From: the human T2T-CHM13v2.0 reference genome, Homo sapiens
Assembly (NCBI RefSeq): GCF_009914755.1
Contig: NC_060929.1
Strand: one strand, 5' to 3'
Length of the DNA: 64,000 nt
Position 1 is the stretch's first letter, and every line of letters begins with the position of its first letter. Both the position numbers and the translations under genes were made by a program. Shown piece by piece: positions 42,800 to 58,826 of the stretch. The notes beneath the pieces are model-generated. The model was not told the origin of the DNA. It saw only the letters and a list, made by a program, of their open reading frames with translations, and made no database searches.

Positions 42800-44880
42800 T
42801 TACAATATGATAAATTATATTTGTTTAAAATGTACACTTTGTAAAATTTGGCATATGTCTATATCTGTAGAACGATCACGACAATAAGGATACCAAATAT
42901 ATCCATTACCATCACAAGTACCTTGGTGGCCCTTTGTAATAATCCCTCCCACCTTCTCCTTCCTAGCAAACTAATTTCTACAACTGACGTTCTCTCTCTC
43001 ACTATAGATTAGATTGCATTGTCTCAAATTTATACAAATTGATTTTTTTTTTGCTAGGAGTATGTATTCTGAGAATTTACAATTTTTTTTCATAGCTCAT
43101 TACTGAGTAGAAGTAAAATGCACGGATATACAACAGTATGCTTATTGTTAGACATTTGTTGTTGCTAATTTTTGATTTTCATTCCCCTAAAAGTGGTGTA
43201 GAAATTCATGTATGAGTATTTGTGTAGACACATACTTTCATTACTTTTGAATGAATACCTAGGAGTGAGACATGTAGATAATATCATAGGTGTAGGTTTA
43301 CTGCTGAACTGTTTTTCCATTTGCATCTCATCAGTAGGATATGAGACTTCCAATTGTTCTTCATCCTTATCAACACTAGTATAACCAGACTTTTAATTTT
43401 TACACTTTCCAAATATATGTAGTGATATCACATTGCGTATTAAATTTGCATTTCCTTAAAGACTAATGCAGTGAAGCATCTTTGTCTGTCTTATGTACCA
43501 TTTCATTATCATGTTTGCTAAGCTATCAGTTCAAATATTGTGCCCATGTTTAATTTCATTTTCTTTTAATTTTAGTTTTAGATGTTTTTGCATTCTTGAT
43601 GTTTTATTAGATATTTAATTTGCAAATATTTTTTCTAAGAATATACCTGTAATTTCATCCTCTTAAAACTGTCTTTCAATAAGCAGGTATTAATTTTGAT
43701 GAAATTCAAATTATCAAATATTTTTAGTTGTATACATCTGTGCTTTGATATTTATTATTTTCTTTCTCCTTCTACTTAGGATTAAATTTGTTACATTTTC
43801 TATTTCCTTAAGTTTGTTACAATGATCATTGATTTGAGAACTTTTCTATTTTTCTTAATATAGTGGTGTATTAATGTAAATTTACCCCATATATTGTTTT
43901 AGTGGCACCCCACAAATGTTGATATATTGTGTTATTATTTTAATTCAGTTAAAATAAATTCTAATGTCCTTTTTGTATATCTTCTTTGATTAGAGTTATA
44001 TAAGAGTATTATTTGATATCACAATATTTGATATTTTTAATGTAACTTCCTGTTATTTATTTCTCTTTTAATTATGTAGTGTTCAGACAACATACATTTC
44101 AATGATTGCATTATTTTATATATAATAATACTTGTTTCAAGATCCCAAATATGGTGTATCTTGTTAATTTTCCTGAAAGGACTTGAAAATAGTCAGTTTT
44201 TGATTAAATGTTCTAAATAATTAGATCAGGTTGAGCTGGTTGATAGTGTTGATAACATCTTTTGTGCTCTAATTGATTTTCTGTTCGCTTGTTCTATCAA
44301 TTGTTGTAAAGGGGTACTGAAATCTCCCACTATAATTTTTGATTTGTTTATTTCTGCTTGCAACCATATCTTTTTATTTTAACCTCATGTATCTTGAAAT
44401 TATATATTTATGTTCAAAATGTCTAGAATTAATAAGTTTTCTTGATAATTTGACTACTTTGTCCTTATGAAATGACTCTCTTTTACTGCTGTTAATATAT
44501 ATTAACTGAAATACAGCTTTATGCCTTAATATAGCCATTGCAGATTTGTGTTAATTATTATTATTGTAGTAATATTTTCATTTTTTTCTTTTAATCTATA
44601 TGAATATCTAGAATCGAAATTGGTACCTTTAGCTGGCATATGTTTGATCCCCTTTTAAAATATCAGACATCTCTGCTTTTAGTTGGGTATGTTAAAAATA
44701 TTTCCATTTAAGGGAATTATTTATATAATTTGATTAAAATATACAATCTTAATAATTGTTTACTATTTGTCTCATCTATTTTTTTCCCTTTTCTTCATCT
44801 TCCTTCTTTTGCAATTTTTTCTGGTTCCAACTTTGCTATTTTTGTAGTTTTTTTAACTTTAACTTTTTTTGCATTATTGT
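42800..44880 (-). mobile_element. Old L1M (L1MC/MD-like) fragments
   Basis: Antisense L1 3'UTR/ORF2 end (42800-43740) and endonuclease region (43750-44880). Confidence 0.7.
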
Positions 44881-44905
44881 ATTGGTTGGTTAAGGAATTG
44901 GTGTA

Positions 44906-45196
<291 letters not shown>

Positions 45197-45509
45197 TCAT
45201 AGTATGTATTCCTTTTAGGGTTCTTAATTGTAGTGTTTTCTCTGCATTTTATTATGCATACACACATATCCATTCATAAATTTAACACATTAAACTTAGG
45301 AGATATTTGACACTTTCATATATGAAGGAAAAAACAAATTTTTATATGAAGATTTCTTTTCTATGCATAAAATTTTAGATTGACTTCCTGTTTTTAAAAA
45401 CTTGTTTTATTTCATGAATATATTGTGGACCTATTTTCATGCTGTAATACATTATCCTTTACTTAGAATTTGTTTATTCATTTTTAACTGCTATAAATTG
45501 TACATTATA

Positions 45510-48257
45510 CAGTCATGTGCCACACAACATATCAGTCAACAATGAACCATATCATAATAGGAAGCTAAAAATTTTATATTGCCTAGGAATACAATAGGTG
45601 TTGTGATGTCTTAGTGCCACACATTGCCCATGTGTTTCTGGGGATGCCAATGTAAACAAATCTACTGCACTGCCAGTTTTGTAAAAGTATAGCAGATACA
45701 ATTATAGATAGTACACAATACTTGGTAATGATAATAAATGACTGTGTTGCTGATTTATGTATTTACTATGCTGTACTTTTTATTGTTATTTAGAAATAAA
45801 GCTCTACTTTTTAAAAATAAAAGTTCACTGTAAAACAGTCTCAGGCAGATCCTTTAAGAGGTATTCCAGAAGACGTTGTTATCATAGGAGATGACAGTGT
45901 CATGCAAGTTATTGCCCATGATGACTTTCCAGTAGGACAAGAAGTGGAGGTGGAAGATAGTGATACTGATGATCCCCATCCTGTGTAGGGCTAGGCTGGT
46001 GTGTGTGTAGTAGTATTAACAAAAAAATGTTGTTAACAAAAAAAGTTTAAAAAGTAAAACTAAAGTAGAAAAAAGCTTATAGAAAATGGATATCAACAAA
46101 GAAAATAGCTGTACAATGTGTTTGTGTTTTAAGCTAAGTGTTATTACAAAAGATTCTGAAGTGTTTTAAAAGTTAAAACTGTATAAAGTAAAGAAGCTAC
46201 AGCCAGGTAAAGTTAATTTATTATTGAAGAAAGAAAACTATGTCTTATAATTCAGTGTTGCCTAAGTGTACAGTGTTTACAAAGTTTACAGTAACATACA
46301 ATAATGTTCTAGATCTTCACATTCACTCACCTCTCACTCACTGACTCACTGGAAGCAATTTCTGATCCTACATGCTCCTTTCATCACAAATGTCTATATG
46401 AGTTTATCATCTTTTATCTTTTAAAGCATATTTTTACTGTACACTTTATATGTTTAGATAGAAAAATATTAACCATTATGTTACAATTGCCTACAGTATT
46501 CAGTACAGTAACATGTTATACAGATTTGTAGCCTGAGGGCAGTAGGCTACACAATATAGCCTAGATGTGTAGTGGACTATACCATCTAGGTGTTTTTACA
46601 AACACTCTATGATGTCTGTGTCATGGGATCCTTGGGGTGTCACTTTACCAGCCAGAAACCTCTGTGGCCGGGAGTGCCTTCTTCCTGAAGGTGCTGTGCC
46701 TGCTGGTTTTGTTTTGCCCACTCAACCCAGCAGGCTGCACTTGTCTTGCTCTAAAGGCCTGGATGCAACACTTTCCAAGGGCAAGCCAGGTGTGGAGAGG
46801 CGAGGTGTGTGTGGGTGAGCAAGCACAGGGTCCAACCACTACACACAGCCAGGAACAGTGGCTGCTTCGGCCGGGCAGGCAGCTCCAGGCTCCGGCACAG
46901 GCACCAGCTTTGTGCGAGGCTGCAACTGGATCAGATGTAGGGCACAGGGCTTCCGCTGTCATCACCTACGTCTGGAGGTGGGGAATGCAGTGGTACCTAG
47001 AGGCTTGGACATGCCAAGAACTGTAGAGCACCAAGGAGGATGTTCCAGCCCTGGCTTGGGGAAGATCCTACAGGTCTGGGCTTCCCCAAAGCCCACAGCC
47101 CTTCTCTCCTCATTGCCAGCAACAGGGCAAGTGGGGGTGCGTGTTTCAACCCTATTTTTATTACAGCTCTTTCAGTCCTGCCACTCAGTGGGACCAACAT
47201 TTGTCTCACATCTAGGAAGAATGAGATAGACAGACAATGGAGAGTGTGCAAGGCAGAGAGGAGCTTCACTGAGTGACAGAGCAGCTCTCAGGAGACATGA
47301 AGTAGTTTCTTTCTACAGGCACGTTGTCACAAGTGTCCAGCTCTCAGCCCAGAGGAGACCCGCAGTGAGTAGCTCCTTTCCACAGCAGATCGTCCAACGA
47401 GTCAAGGATACTTGAAGTGGGTAGCACCCTTCCACAGCTGGTAGTCCTGACATTTGTTTGAGTCTGGATGATTCCAGGGGTTTTTATGGGCTCAGAAGGG
47501 AAGAAGTGTATGCCAATTGGTCCATGGGCAACCATGGGAGGGCCTGGAAAAAGCACCGTAATTTCTCACTTTGGGTCAAGGACTCGACCTGGAACTGGCA
47601 GCCCGGCCCCCAGACTTCAGGCCATCACCGGCTTTAAGGTGGGATTTCACCAAGGACCTGCCCTTTTCCATACAGGAACCTGTCTGCCATGGCACCTAGA
47701 CTGTTTGTGCCAAGGTCTGCCTGCAGGACCTCCCCGAGTCACTCTCATGCCCCCTTGGTCTCCCTAATGTGCTTGTCAGCACCAGAAGTCCAGATGGGGT
47801 TGAGGCAGCCGGGGGCTGGCATGTCAGCGTAGCCCTGAGTGTGCACACAAGGCCATGTTGCAACAGTGCCCAGGCTCAGCCACAACTTTGCTCTGTCCTG
47901 GAGCAGGCAGCAGGAATGGGAGCAGGCACTTTCAAGAATGGAGGGGCATGGGGCTTCCCGGGCTCCTGGGAGCACAGAGATGCCTGTATCTGGAGCCATG
48001 GCTAAGCAGCTATGGCTGCCTCCAGAAGCGAGGGGCTTCCATCCTGCCAACTCAGTGGAGGGCAGGACTCCCGCTTGTCCTCAGCTCCCAGCAGTCCCAC
48101 AGAGCACACAACCCTGGCTGCACCTTCCCCACTGCAGTCGGCATCTTCACAGGAGCTGCACCAGACAGGCCGCAGCTGCCATGATTTGCACAATGATGAA
48201 ATCACCTAATAATGCATTTCTCAGAATATACCCTTGTAGTTAAATAAGACATGATTG
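45510..48257 (+). mobile_element. Tigger3b-like Tc1/mariner DNA transposon split by MER52
   Basis: Termini CAGTCATG.../...CATGATTG with TA TSDs; pieces 45510-46618 and 48185-48257 are collinear. Confidence 0.88.
46619..48184 (-). mobile_element. MER52-family solo LTR (ERV1), GC-rich
   Basis: TGTCATGGGATCCTTGGGGTGTC...GCTGCCATGA; 4-bp TSD TCTG/TTTG; accounts for the dense cluster of spurious ORFs. Confidence 0.88.
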
Positions 48258-48882
48258 TATTAATAAAGTACACCCATCATTTCTTCTTTTACTTTAAGGT
48301 TTTAGGCTTCATGCATTTTCACAATTAGCAAAAGATATTTCTGCAATTTATATTCTAATATATGATTTCTTTTGAATATGTGGTAGGGCTTCTAGAGTAT
48401 TTGGCCAGAAGTGAAAGTGCTATTCTGTCAGTATGCATAGCTTTATGTTTACTACAAATTACTAAATTTATATGTGACATTTTTTATCCAATTCATACTT
48501 CCAATGGGACTTTATAAGAGTTCCTGTTTTTTCACATATCTTGAAATCTTAGTATTTTCAGAATTACAATGTATTCCTCTGGTAAATGTGAAATAGTATC
48601 ACATAATATGTTTATTTGCATTTTCTGGGTTCCTATTGTATTTATTTTTTTTTCAAATTTGTTGTTGGAAATATAGGATCTCTTTACTGTAACTTTTTGT
48701 TTATAGTATTTTATCATAATTATCTTGGTTGTTTTTCACTTTGTCTTAGACTTGTATTTTATTTATGCCTTATAAATATTATTTTTTTTCTCAAGCATGG
48801 AAAATTAAAATCTTATCTTTTGTGGAATAATGCTGTCTTCAATTTTGTCTTTTGTTTTGATATGTTTTAAAATTATTATTTA

Positions 48883-49218
48883 GGCCTGGTGTGGTGGCTC
48901 ACAACTATAATCCCAGAACTTTGGGAAGCTGAAGCAGAAGAATTACTTTACTTGAGGCCAGGAATTTGTGAACCACCTGGGCAACATAGGGTGAACCTCT
49001 CTCTACTAAAAGTAAAAAAAAAAAAAAAAAAAAAATTAGCCAGGCATGGTAGCATGGTGGTGTGCCCCTGTGATCCTAGCTACAGGATCACTTGTGCCAG
49101 TGAGCTCGAAGTTTCGGTGAGCTGTGATTCCCCCTCTCTGAGGCCCCCCAAATTCTAGCTTGGGTGACAGGGCAAGATGGCTGTTAAAAAATAATTTAAA
49201 AAGAAAAAAAAAAAGAAA
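48883..49218 (+). mobile_element. Degenerate AluJ-like element
   Basis: Left arm, long A linker, internally deleted right arm, A tail. Confidence 0.85.
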
Positions 49219-50275
49219 AGTGCATACATGTATGAATAATTTATAGTGAAATACCCATATCTTTTCAAATTTTGACTATGCAATTTATGCCTGTTCTAAT
49301 TTTTAAATTGTAGGTATGTTTGGGGAAAACTGACATTTTGAATATAGGTCTTTCCATCTCCATATTTGTGAAACCATACATTTTAATTGCCCTACATATC
49401 TTTAATTTTACAATACTTTCTCCGCTTTTTTTTTTTCCATTTTGAAAATTATTCTTGGTATTTCTTTCAGCTTCTTATTTATCTATATTTATAGTCCTAA
49501 GCCTTAGTTTCATCAAACCATTATATGGATTGCTCTGCTTATGGTTTTATCTTCAGCATATTTTCACATTTTTCTGCAGGCATTTCATGTACCCATGGCG
49601 GTCTTTATTAAATAATTTTTTTAGGCATGCTATTTCTGCTGGAAATTCCAGAGTTTTCAATTATATGGAATGAGCCTTTAAATTTATTTCTCAATTGGAA
49701 ATTCCTACAAAATTAATGCCTGTAACTTTAAATTTTGACAGGGTACTTTTCCTTCTAAGAGAGCCCCACACAGTTTCTATGTCCCTTTCCTAGCTCACCC
49801 CTCATTTATTTGGCCCACTTCTCTAATCAAAATATCTTGCATAGATATTTAATCTTTAGATATGGTGACAATATTGGGAGCAACCTATCCCTTAGTTTCT
49901 GTAACTTTATCTCATGAATTTTTTCACTAATTTTATGGTCATTCCTTGAGTCTGAAACTCATAATTTCAGTTTATTTATTTTGAGCTCAACAATGTGTTT
50001 AAAATTATTTGTACTATTTATTTAACATTTAATTTTCATCCATATGTCTCAATTTTTCAATCAGAAATATTGATGCATATTATATTTCCTTGAACCTAAG
50101 AATTATGTTTTATTTTCTAACATATATACATTTTGCTTTTTATTATTATTGATTGTAAATTACATTATCCTCTATGTGTTATGTATATTTAGAGATTTGT
50201 AATTCCTTTATAATCGAGTTATTAATACATATTCATAAATGTTATATGTGAGCTCAAAACAAACACTGGCTTTAA

Positions 50276-50578
50276 TTTTTTTCTTTTTTTCTTTCTTTCT
50301 TTTTTTTGAGACAGACTCTCATTCTGTTGCCCAGGCTGGGTGACCTTGGCTCAGTGCAGCTTCCACCTCCCAGGTTCAAGCAATTCTCCTGCCTCAGCTT
50401 CCCGAGCAGTTGGGACTACAGGCACACACCACCATGCCCAGCTAATTTTTGTATTTTTAGTAGAGATGGGGTTTCACCATGTTGGCCAGGCTGGTCTTGA
50501 ATTCATGGCCTCAGGTGATCATCCCGCCTCGGCCTCCCAAAGTGCTGAGATTACAGGTGTGAGCCAGTGCACCCGGCC
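50276..50578 (-). mobile_element. Alu (AluS-like)
   Basis: Antisense Alu; TSD TGGCTTTAA at 50267-50275 and 50579-50587. Confidence 0.96.
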
Positions 50579-51779
50579 TGGCTTTAAATGTTTAATTGAG
50601 TTATTTATTTGTTGCATATACTTACTAATATATATTTGTCTGATATGTTTGTTTATGATAAACTTTTATGCAATTTTCACCCTGATGGGTATTTCCCAAT
50701 TTAATGACATTTATAATTCTTTTGTGAATATATCTCTTTTTCTCTTTGCTTCCTGTATTTTAGAGGCTAGTTCACAGTGTTCACACAAGAACTCAATTGT
50801 TGTAATTTTTCTTAGTTTATTGTTTATAATTCATTAAATTTCTATTAATATTATTAATAAATAATTGACAATTATGTCATTATATAACCCAATTAATCAA
50901 AAAATGATTATTGAAATAATTTTTAAATTTATATTATTAATTAATTGCTATATTTCTTAATCTCTACTAATGGTTTTATATTAAAATATATTTGTCTAAT
51001 ATATGATGTTTCTATGTGGGACTTATATTTTGCTGGGTACCAGTCTTCATTGCTTTATTTTCGGCTTTTCTGTGTGACCATGATTTACATGCATGTCCTA
51101 ACACATTACTAGACTTTTTTTAAACAATTCTATCTGAAGCTAGTTGCCATTTAGTGAATGTGTTTATCCCATTTGTGTTAATGCTAATTATTGATATACT
51201 TAGATTTGAGTTTCATATAGCATTTTAAAAATCCCGATTTCCCTATGGCAGACACTGTTAACTCACTAACTCAAAATCCATGCCTAACTCTCTTTTTCCT
51301 TTCACAGGAAATAGAGAGTTAGGTACACTGTCATTTTCTACTCATTTTAGCTAATGGATCTATGTGAGAGGATGAGGCATTGAGTAGAGAAAGAAAAGTG
51401 GCCAGTATCACCATTCTGCTTTGCTCCTAATCCTATTAAAAGATGAGAGCCTGAAGCTACTTCAATCCTCACATAGACACACATCACATGTGTTGATGTA
51501 CAGCTTCATGCTGAGCAACACGGAGGGAAAAAGCAAAAGATCCAAGTCCTTGATGTACTCATCGAACAGCTGATCCCATGCCAGCACCTTTCTTTCCCTA
51601 AATGTCTACTGTCTTTAACATTTTCATTGTCTTTAGCATTGTGTTTTAAAGACTGTACACTATCAGCACATAAAATTAAACTTTTACCATTGGTATCTGA
51701 CATAGTTAAGCATAGAAACACTTAAATGTTACTTTTCTCTCAAATCCATTTCTTCACAATGTTTCCTATCCTTCTGACT

Positions 51780-52500
51780 GATATCAATAGTGAGACTCCA
51801 CAAGCTGGAATCCTGAACATCATTCCTGGATACCCACTCTCACTTATCCCCCATGCCAATTTGCTCCTAAGTTCAGTTATTCCATATTCTGCTCTTCCAT
51901 CCAGGCTAGTCTCTGCATTCTGCTTTCCATTAAGGTAACAGTTTTCTAATATACCCCCACTTTCCAGCTTAGCCCCTTCATATTCATCTGATAATAATAT
52001 TATTAGCAAATGTGGTAGAATGTTACATTAATTATGCTGGTCCTATTGTTAAAATTATTATATAGACCACCACAATTTTAATATGATTTTCATACTTCTG
52101 TGTGAAATACACAATTCATCAACAATTTTAGCTCTGCTTAAACTTACCTTTTTAAGCCTATCTTTTCTCCACATCCTGACCCATATTCAGCCATACAAAA
52201 TTACTTATCTTCTCTGAATATGAGACTATTTAACATTTCTACTACTAAATACATAGCATTGTTTCAAATAAACTACCTCCTCTTGTATTCTCTTTTTAGA
52301 AAAAAAACACTCAATCTTTCTCTAAAACTAAGCATCAGTGTGGATTTCTGCAAGCCTTCCTGGAAACTTGCTTCATAGATCTTAGATAAACATTTTCAGT
52401 TCCTGAGCACACCTTAAGATCATTTTTTAATTGTTATAATTGGTTCATATTTGTATCACTTGCTCTGACTATACATCCTTCATCATAGTGTAGTCTTAGA
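51780..52500 (+). mobile_element. L2 relic
   Basis: Pyrimidine-rich L2-like 3' region. Confidence 0.45.
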
Positions 52501-53215
52501 ACATTATTTTAAATTGTCTCCTTCTTGTTCATTAGTAGAAACTGCTAGCTAAACCCAATCTTCTGATCATTCACTCATGTTTTTCCAAGTCACTTTTTGG
52601 GGAATCATGTTAACATGTTGCTATGCTTTGCAATTAAATACACTTCAAACTAGATTATTACTCTACCAGTACAAGTTATTCTTTCAGTTCAAATTTACAG
52701 AAAGCAAATAAAATAATCACATGGAAAAGTTAAATAATTTTATGAAACATAAGCTGTTAGTCCATATCTGGTGCCCTTCCTAGTTCATAGCAGGTTTACA
52801 GGGTGACATTCACTGTGAGTGAATCTCAGAGCTTTCTTATGTCTGAGAGTTAAAGTGATAGTTTGAAAAAGAAATGTTTATTGAATTATAATGGAAGTTA
52901 TAAATTATTTGCACTACTTTTCTGTCTTAAAATGATAATAAACATTTATTTTCAAGGTTTTTGTATTTTACCCCTTTCACAGCATCTGGACTTTTCTAAG
53001 AACAAACTGATATTTCCTCTATTCATGTGACACAACATAATCATTTGGTTGACCTTTGTCCAAGTATTTATGCTTCTTAGTGTCTTTTGAATTTGCAGAC
53101 ATGAAATGTTTGCACCTTTGAAATGTTGACATTTCATCAAGTGAAAAACAGCGTATAATTTTAAAATTTCCAGATATATTAACATATGTATGGTGCCTGA
53201 CATGTTGTAGAGACA

Positions 53216-53659
53216 TGTATCAGTCAACATTCAGGAAGGAAAAAGGGCTAATTCAAACCAGCAGACTCTGAGAAGAGTTTAAAAGGAGACTATGATGTGA
53301 GAAAATAATCTATGGAAACCAAAAGGGAAAATGTAGGACCCCTGGGTGCTATAGTTACTCATAGCCCTTAAAGAGGAATGAGAGAGCAAGGTCACTGGAA
53401 ATCAGGATAAGTAGCTTAGGTTACACGGCTTCGTAGAGTTACAAGAAGTCTGCAGCAGCCACCAAGGAGTAAGCCAAAAGAATAAATGCCAAAACCCCAC
53501 TCTTCGCTCTCCCTCTCTCTGATCTCCTAGTGTTCACAGTTTTAAACAATCAGAAGCAAGGGATCTCATGTAGTCTATACAGATTAGCCACCCAGAACAT
53601 AGAATAGATAAAGAAAGTGGAAAACGAGTCAAGAGACATAATAGAAGATCTCTAAAACA
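53216..53659 (-). mobile_element. LTR33-like ERVL LTR (3' LTR)
   Basis: TGTATCAGTC...GAATAAATGCC...CTCTGATCTCCT...TAAAACA, followed by an antisense PPT-like sequence. Confidence 0.75.
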
Positions 53660-55755
53660 GTCTACTCCATTATTCCCACAGTATTCACTCTTACATCTAT
53701 GTTGGTAAAAACTTAATTTTTATAATATGGGAGAACTTGACTCCCAGCAACAACCATATTACTATTGGCAACATCAACTCATTTCAACTTTTACCTGAAA
53801 TTGAATGGATTAGTTATCACTAGTGTTCTGCATGTAAGGTACTGTGGTTAAGGTGGAGAAAAGAACCAATCATTATAATATAGTCCAGTTTTCACTTCTT
53901 AAGCTGATCAGAAAACCTACATTTGTGATTATGTCTCCATTTTACCAGTACTCTTCCTGCTATGTCTCTTTCCTAGGGAAGCCAATCAGGGAGACAGGCT
54001 TTTTAACCAGTGGCGTAAACTTAACCTTCATCTTGGCGATATTTTCTGTTTGTGTAGTTTCAGTTTTCATTAGCTAAGATTATAAAGCAAGATAGTACTA
54101 ATAGATACCCCAGTGAATAGCTGTGCTTTTCAACATTTGCCTCTTACTTTTCATAGTGAACTAGAAACCAGTTTTCTCCTGGTGATTGGGAACAATCTAG
54201 TTGGCTAGAACATATTCTCTTTCTCTTCATTTGTTCAACAACAAGAGAAACCCACCTTGATCAGAGGACAGTCACAGACCTGTAATTAAATAAAATTCTG
54301 ACTACATTCTTTAGTGAAAGCATTTGATTTTGGGCTCAAAGATCACAAAACCAAATACCTCTAAAATTGTGAAGTTAAAATATTTTACAAGCTACATATT
54401 TAGGGGTAATTACATAACTGACTATATCACCTTCAACTCTTGGTTCCCAGCCCTATGCATTCTGATTATGAAACAGATAATTTATATCAGTTGCTGATTT
54501 ATGGCAGTTGCCACATTGGGTAGAATGACATCCCAACATTGCAGGCACTCTAACTCAGCATTCAGTGGGTTGTGCCACTCTCCCAGGGCTATTTTTTTCT
54601 GGGTTTTTGAACATAATAGACTAGTTACTTCTGTGAGTGTGAATCCATTGCCATCACACTCTCCTTCTTGTAAAATAATTCCAGTCGGCCAAGACAATAC
54701 TGTGTGTAAAACCAGAGAAGTAAGTAAAGCCATTGCTAAGAAAACAAACTCCCCCTCCATGCTCCCTCAAAGATAAAATATGTGATTGTGTTTCCACTAT
54801 GTTGTCAACTATTTTCCTAGATAAATGAGAAGACATTAGGGATTCAGCATCGGCTCCTGCTATAGGCGTGTTGTGCACTCAACATTGGTAATAGCCAGAT
54901 TAGCCTTGATGAGAGGAAGTCTACATTGTTGAACTCCTGTGTATCCCCCACCCCTGCCACTATTACAAGTTTATACATGAGGTCTTTGAATTAGCACTAG
55001 GGAATCTGGGGAAAGAGTCTGATTTACAGTATTTATCTCATACATCTAATAATGGTGCTTTTTTTTCAGCAATTGCATTTTGATTAGTATTTCTGTGCAG
55101 CATACCTTTACACTCCATGCCCATGCATCCATACACCTTTTCCTGAGACTTTCTGCACCACTGTTTTCTTTTCAGTTAGCCACTCATCACCTGGTCAAAG
55201 CATTAGCTATTGCTTATGATTATATAGATGTCTATCTCTGGCTTTCTTGCCTTTCATGGAATAGAACAACAAATGGTACCATGCAAGGATCTGTCCATGT
55301 GGATGAGTTCCCTTCTCCATTGTCTTTTAGAGCTATTTCTGTGTAGGGCTGTAGAGAAGAAGTCTTTCACTTCTAATATCAGCAGAATGTGCAAATATAT
55401 TTACAAAACAGGTTCCTGTTGCTTCCTGTTCCATTAATTTTAACAGAGACCATAGATGTGAACTCAGGGAATGAAGAAAAACAAAAGGGAGATCTAGTAG
55501 AGGAATTGGTAACACCTGCTTATGCATTTTTTTTTTTTTACTCTTCAGACCCTGCTTAGACCCAGTCTTCTGATTATCATTTCCATTATAAAATTTAAAA
55601 CTGTTGTGCATATATATTTTTAACTTTCAAAGATATTTATGCATGTATAAATATATATATATATATAGTACGTAGGTAGTTATTTGTGTTTGTGAATCAG
55701 ATAATAGCAAGTACACAATGAGCAGTAGAGCTTGAATTATGATTTTGTGTCTCAT

Positions 55756-56595
<840 letters not shown>

Positions 56596-56668
56596 CTCAT
56601 GTAAAGGGTTTGTCTCAACCAAGGCCCTGAAGGCTCCGTGAGAGCCAGAAACCATATTTCAAATGGAG

Positions 56669-57362
56669 AAAGTCAGGAAACAACAGGTGCTGGAGAGGAT
56701 GTGGAGAAATAGGGACACTTTTACACTGTTGGTGGGACTGTAAACTAGTTCAACCATTGTGGAAGTCAGTGTGGTGATTCCTCAGGGATCTAGAACTAGA
56801 AATACCATTTGACCCAGCCATCCCATTACTGGGTATATACCCAAAGGACTATAAATCATGCTGCTATAAAGACACATGCACACGTATGTTTATTGTGGCA
56901 CTATTCACAATAGCAAAGACTTGGAACCAACCCAAATGTCCAACAACGATAGACTGGATTAAGAAAATGTGGCACATATACACCATGGAATACTATGCAG
57001 CCATAAAAAAAGATGAGTTCATGTCCTTTGTAGGGACATGGATGAAACTGGTAATCATCATTCTCAGCAAACTATCGCAAAGGCAAAAAATCAAACACCG
57101 CATGTTCTCACTCATAGGTGGGAATTGAACAATGAGAACACATGGACACAGGAAGGGGAACATCACACTCCAGGGACTGTTGTGGGGGTGGGGGGGAGGG
57201 GGGAGGGATAACATTAGGAGATAAACCTAATGCTAAATGACGAGTTACTGGGTGCAGCACACCAACATGGCACATGTATACATACGTAACTAACCTGCAC
57301 ATTGTGCACATGTACCCTAGAACTTAAAGTATAGTAATAATAAAATAAATAAATTAAAAAAA
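56669..57362 (+). mobile_element. L1PA (about PA4) 3' end, 5'-truncated
   Basis: ORF2 terminus (ORF 56886-57128 ending MFSLIGGN), 3'UTR, A-rich tail. Confidence 0.96.
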
Positions 57363-58826
57363 CAGAAAAGGGCATAACCTTACACCCAAATTCTGTAATT
57401 TGAGACTCCTAATCTCTCACTGAGTTTGTCAAGGCTCCATGAACATTATCCCTCTTACCCAGGCACTATGGATAACAGTGGTTTCCGAATCATAAGTCCC
57501 AGTGGCAGGGCATTTAGCACAGCAATCTGGACCTATTATAGATCCTTTCTTGCTGTGGGCCCAATTCAAAATTACAAGTCTTCCAAATTACTCAGGGAAT
57601 TAATTAGAAAAGTAGGGCCAAACAGGATATACAATGCCTTACAAATTCAAGCGAGACCCACTAAGTGTTGTGCCTGTTTATCAATAGTGAATGCTGCCAG
57701 GCATAATACTTTTTTCCTTCTGTCTCATTAGCAAACAAGACACAGACCAATGAACTCCAAGATAATTCATTAGTTTTATGCAGCCCCGAATGTTAAGGGG
57801 TTTATTTGCCACCCTTTAGTACCCCTGTGTTTTTACTAAGGCTCTAGGATGCTGTCTGCTTCCTACTTATTCGTTGTGAAATAATCATATAATCAGAAGT
57901 ACAATGTGTCAGTGTTGCATTCTGCAAAATATCAAAGCAATGAATGTGCCTAGTCCAGAATATTTTATGACAGAGAGCTGGATATTTGATACTGACCCAA
58001 AACATGACAGAAAAGGTATACGCTTATATTCATGATATGAGAGCTAACTGCTTATGATTTCCTTTGCTGGTGCAGATAGGGGGAAAAGGTATTCCTATTT
58101 CAATAGCTTTATACCAGGTGTCAGGGCCTGTGTTAATTTTCTCCAAGGGAGATACCATATCTGGAAATGCAGCTGTGATTGGAATCACTATCTAATTATG
58201 TGGGTGATAATCGACTGTCATTCTCCTTGACACATCTGGCTTTACACTGTGCAAATAGGCATGTTAAATGGGGATGTGGTGGGAATTAGCACTCTTGCAT
58301 ATTTCAAGTCAGTGATGGTGGCACTAATCTCTGTAATTTCTCTAGGGATTTTTGTTTTATTTTGTTTTCTACAAGGCAGGGTTAGGCAGGTGCAATTCTA
58401 GTGGCTTGTATTTTGGCCTTCTTTCCATCATGTCCTTTCTCCCTGGATCAGAGAAACAATTTGGGAATATTGATAGTTACTACTTATATCTATACCCTCT
58501 TAAATTTGGGAATGTGAAAAATAACTATAGAATGAGTCTGAGGTTTCACAAAAGGTGAATGGGGCCAAGACTCCATTTATTATCTGATCATCATAAGTTC
58601 CCCCACTTCATTATTACTTCCCAGAAACAGTTCATAGTCAGCAGATAAAATCCCTGCAGATCTGGCATTTTCTTTCCTTCTGAAAAGGTGTGAAAGAAAA
58701 TTCAAAATATATATCTATTACCACATTGCAAAGTTCTTTCTGAATGGATTCTGGCTTCCTTTCAATGAAGATGTTCTAGGTCTATAAACTGGCTCCATTT
58801 TTGGAATGGATTAAGAGGTCAAGAAT

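Noticed and set aside
46609-48243. Cluster of overlapping 60-134 aa ORFs
   Set aside because: Explained by stop-poor GC-rich MER52 LTR sequence; no protein motif
50340-50837. 165-aa ORF with a hydrophobic tail
   Set aside because: Antisense Alu frame running into T-rich low-complexity sequence
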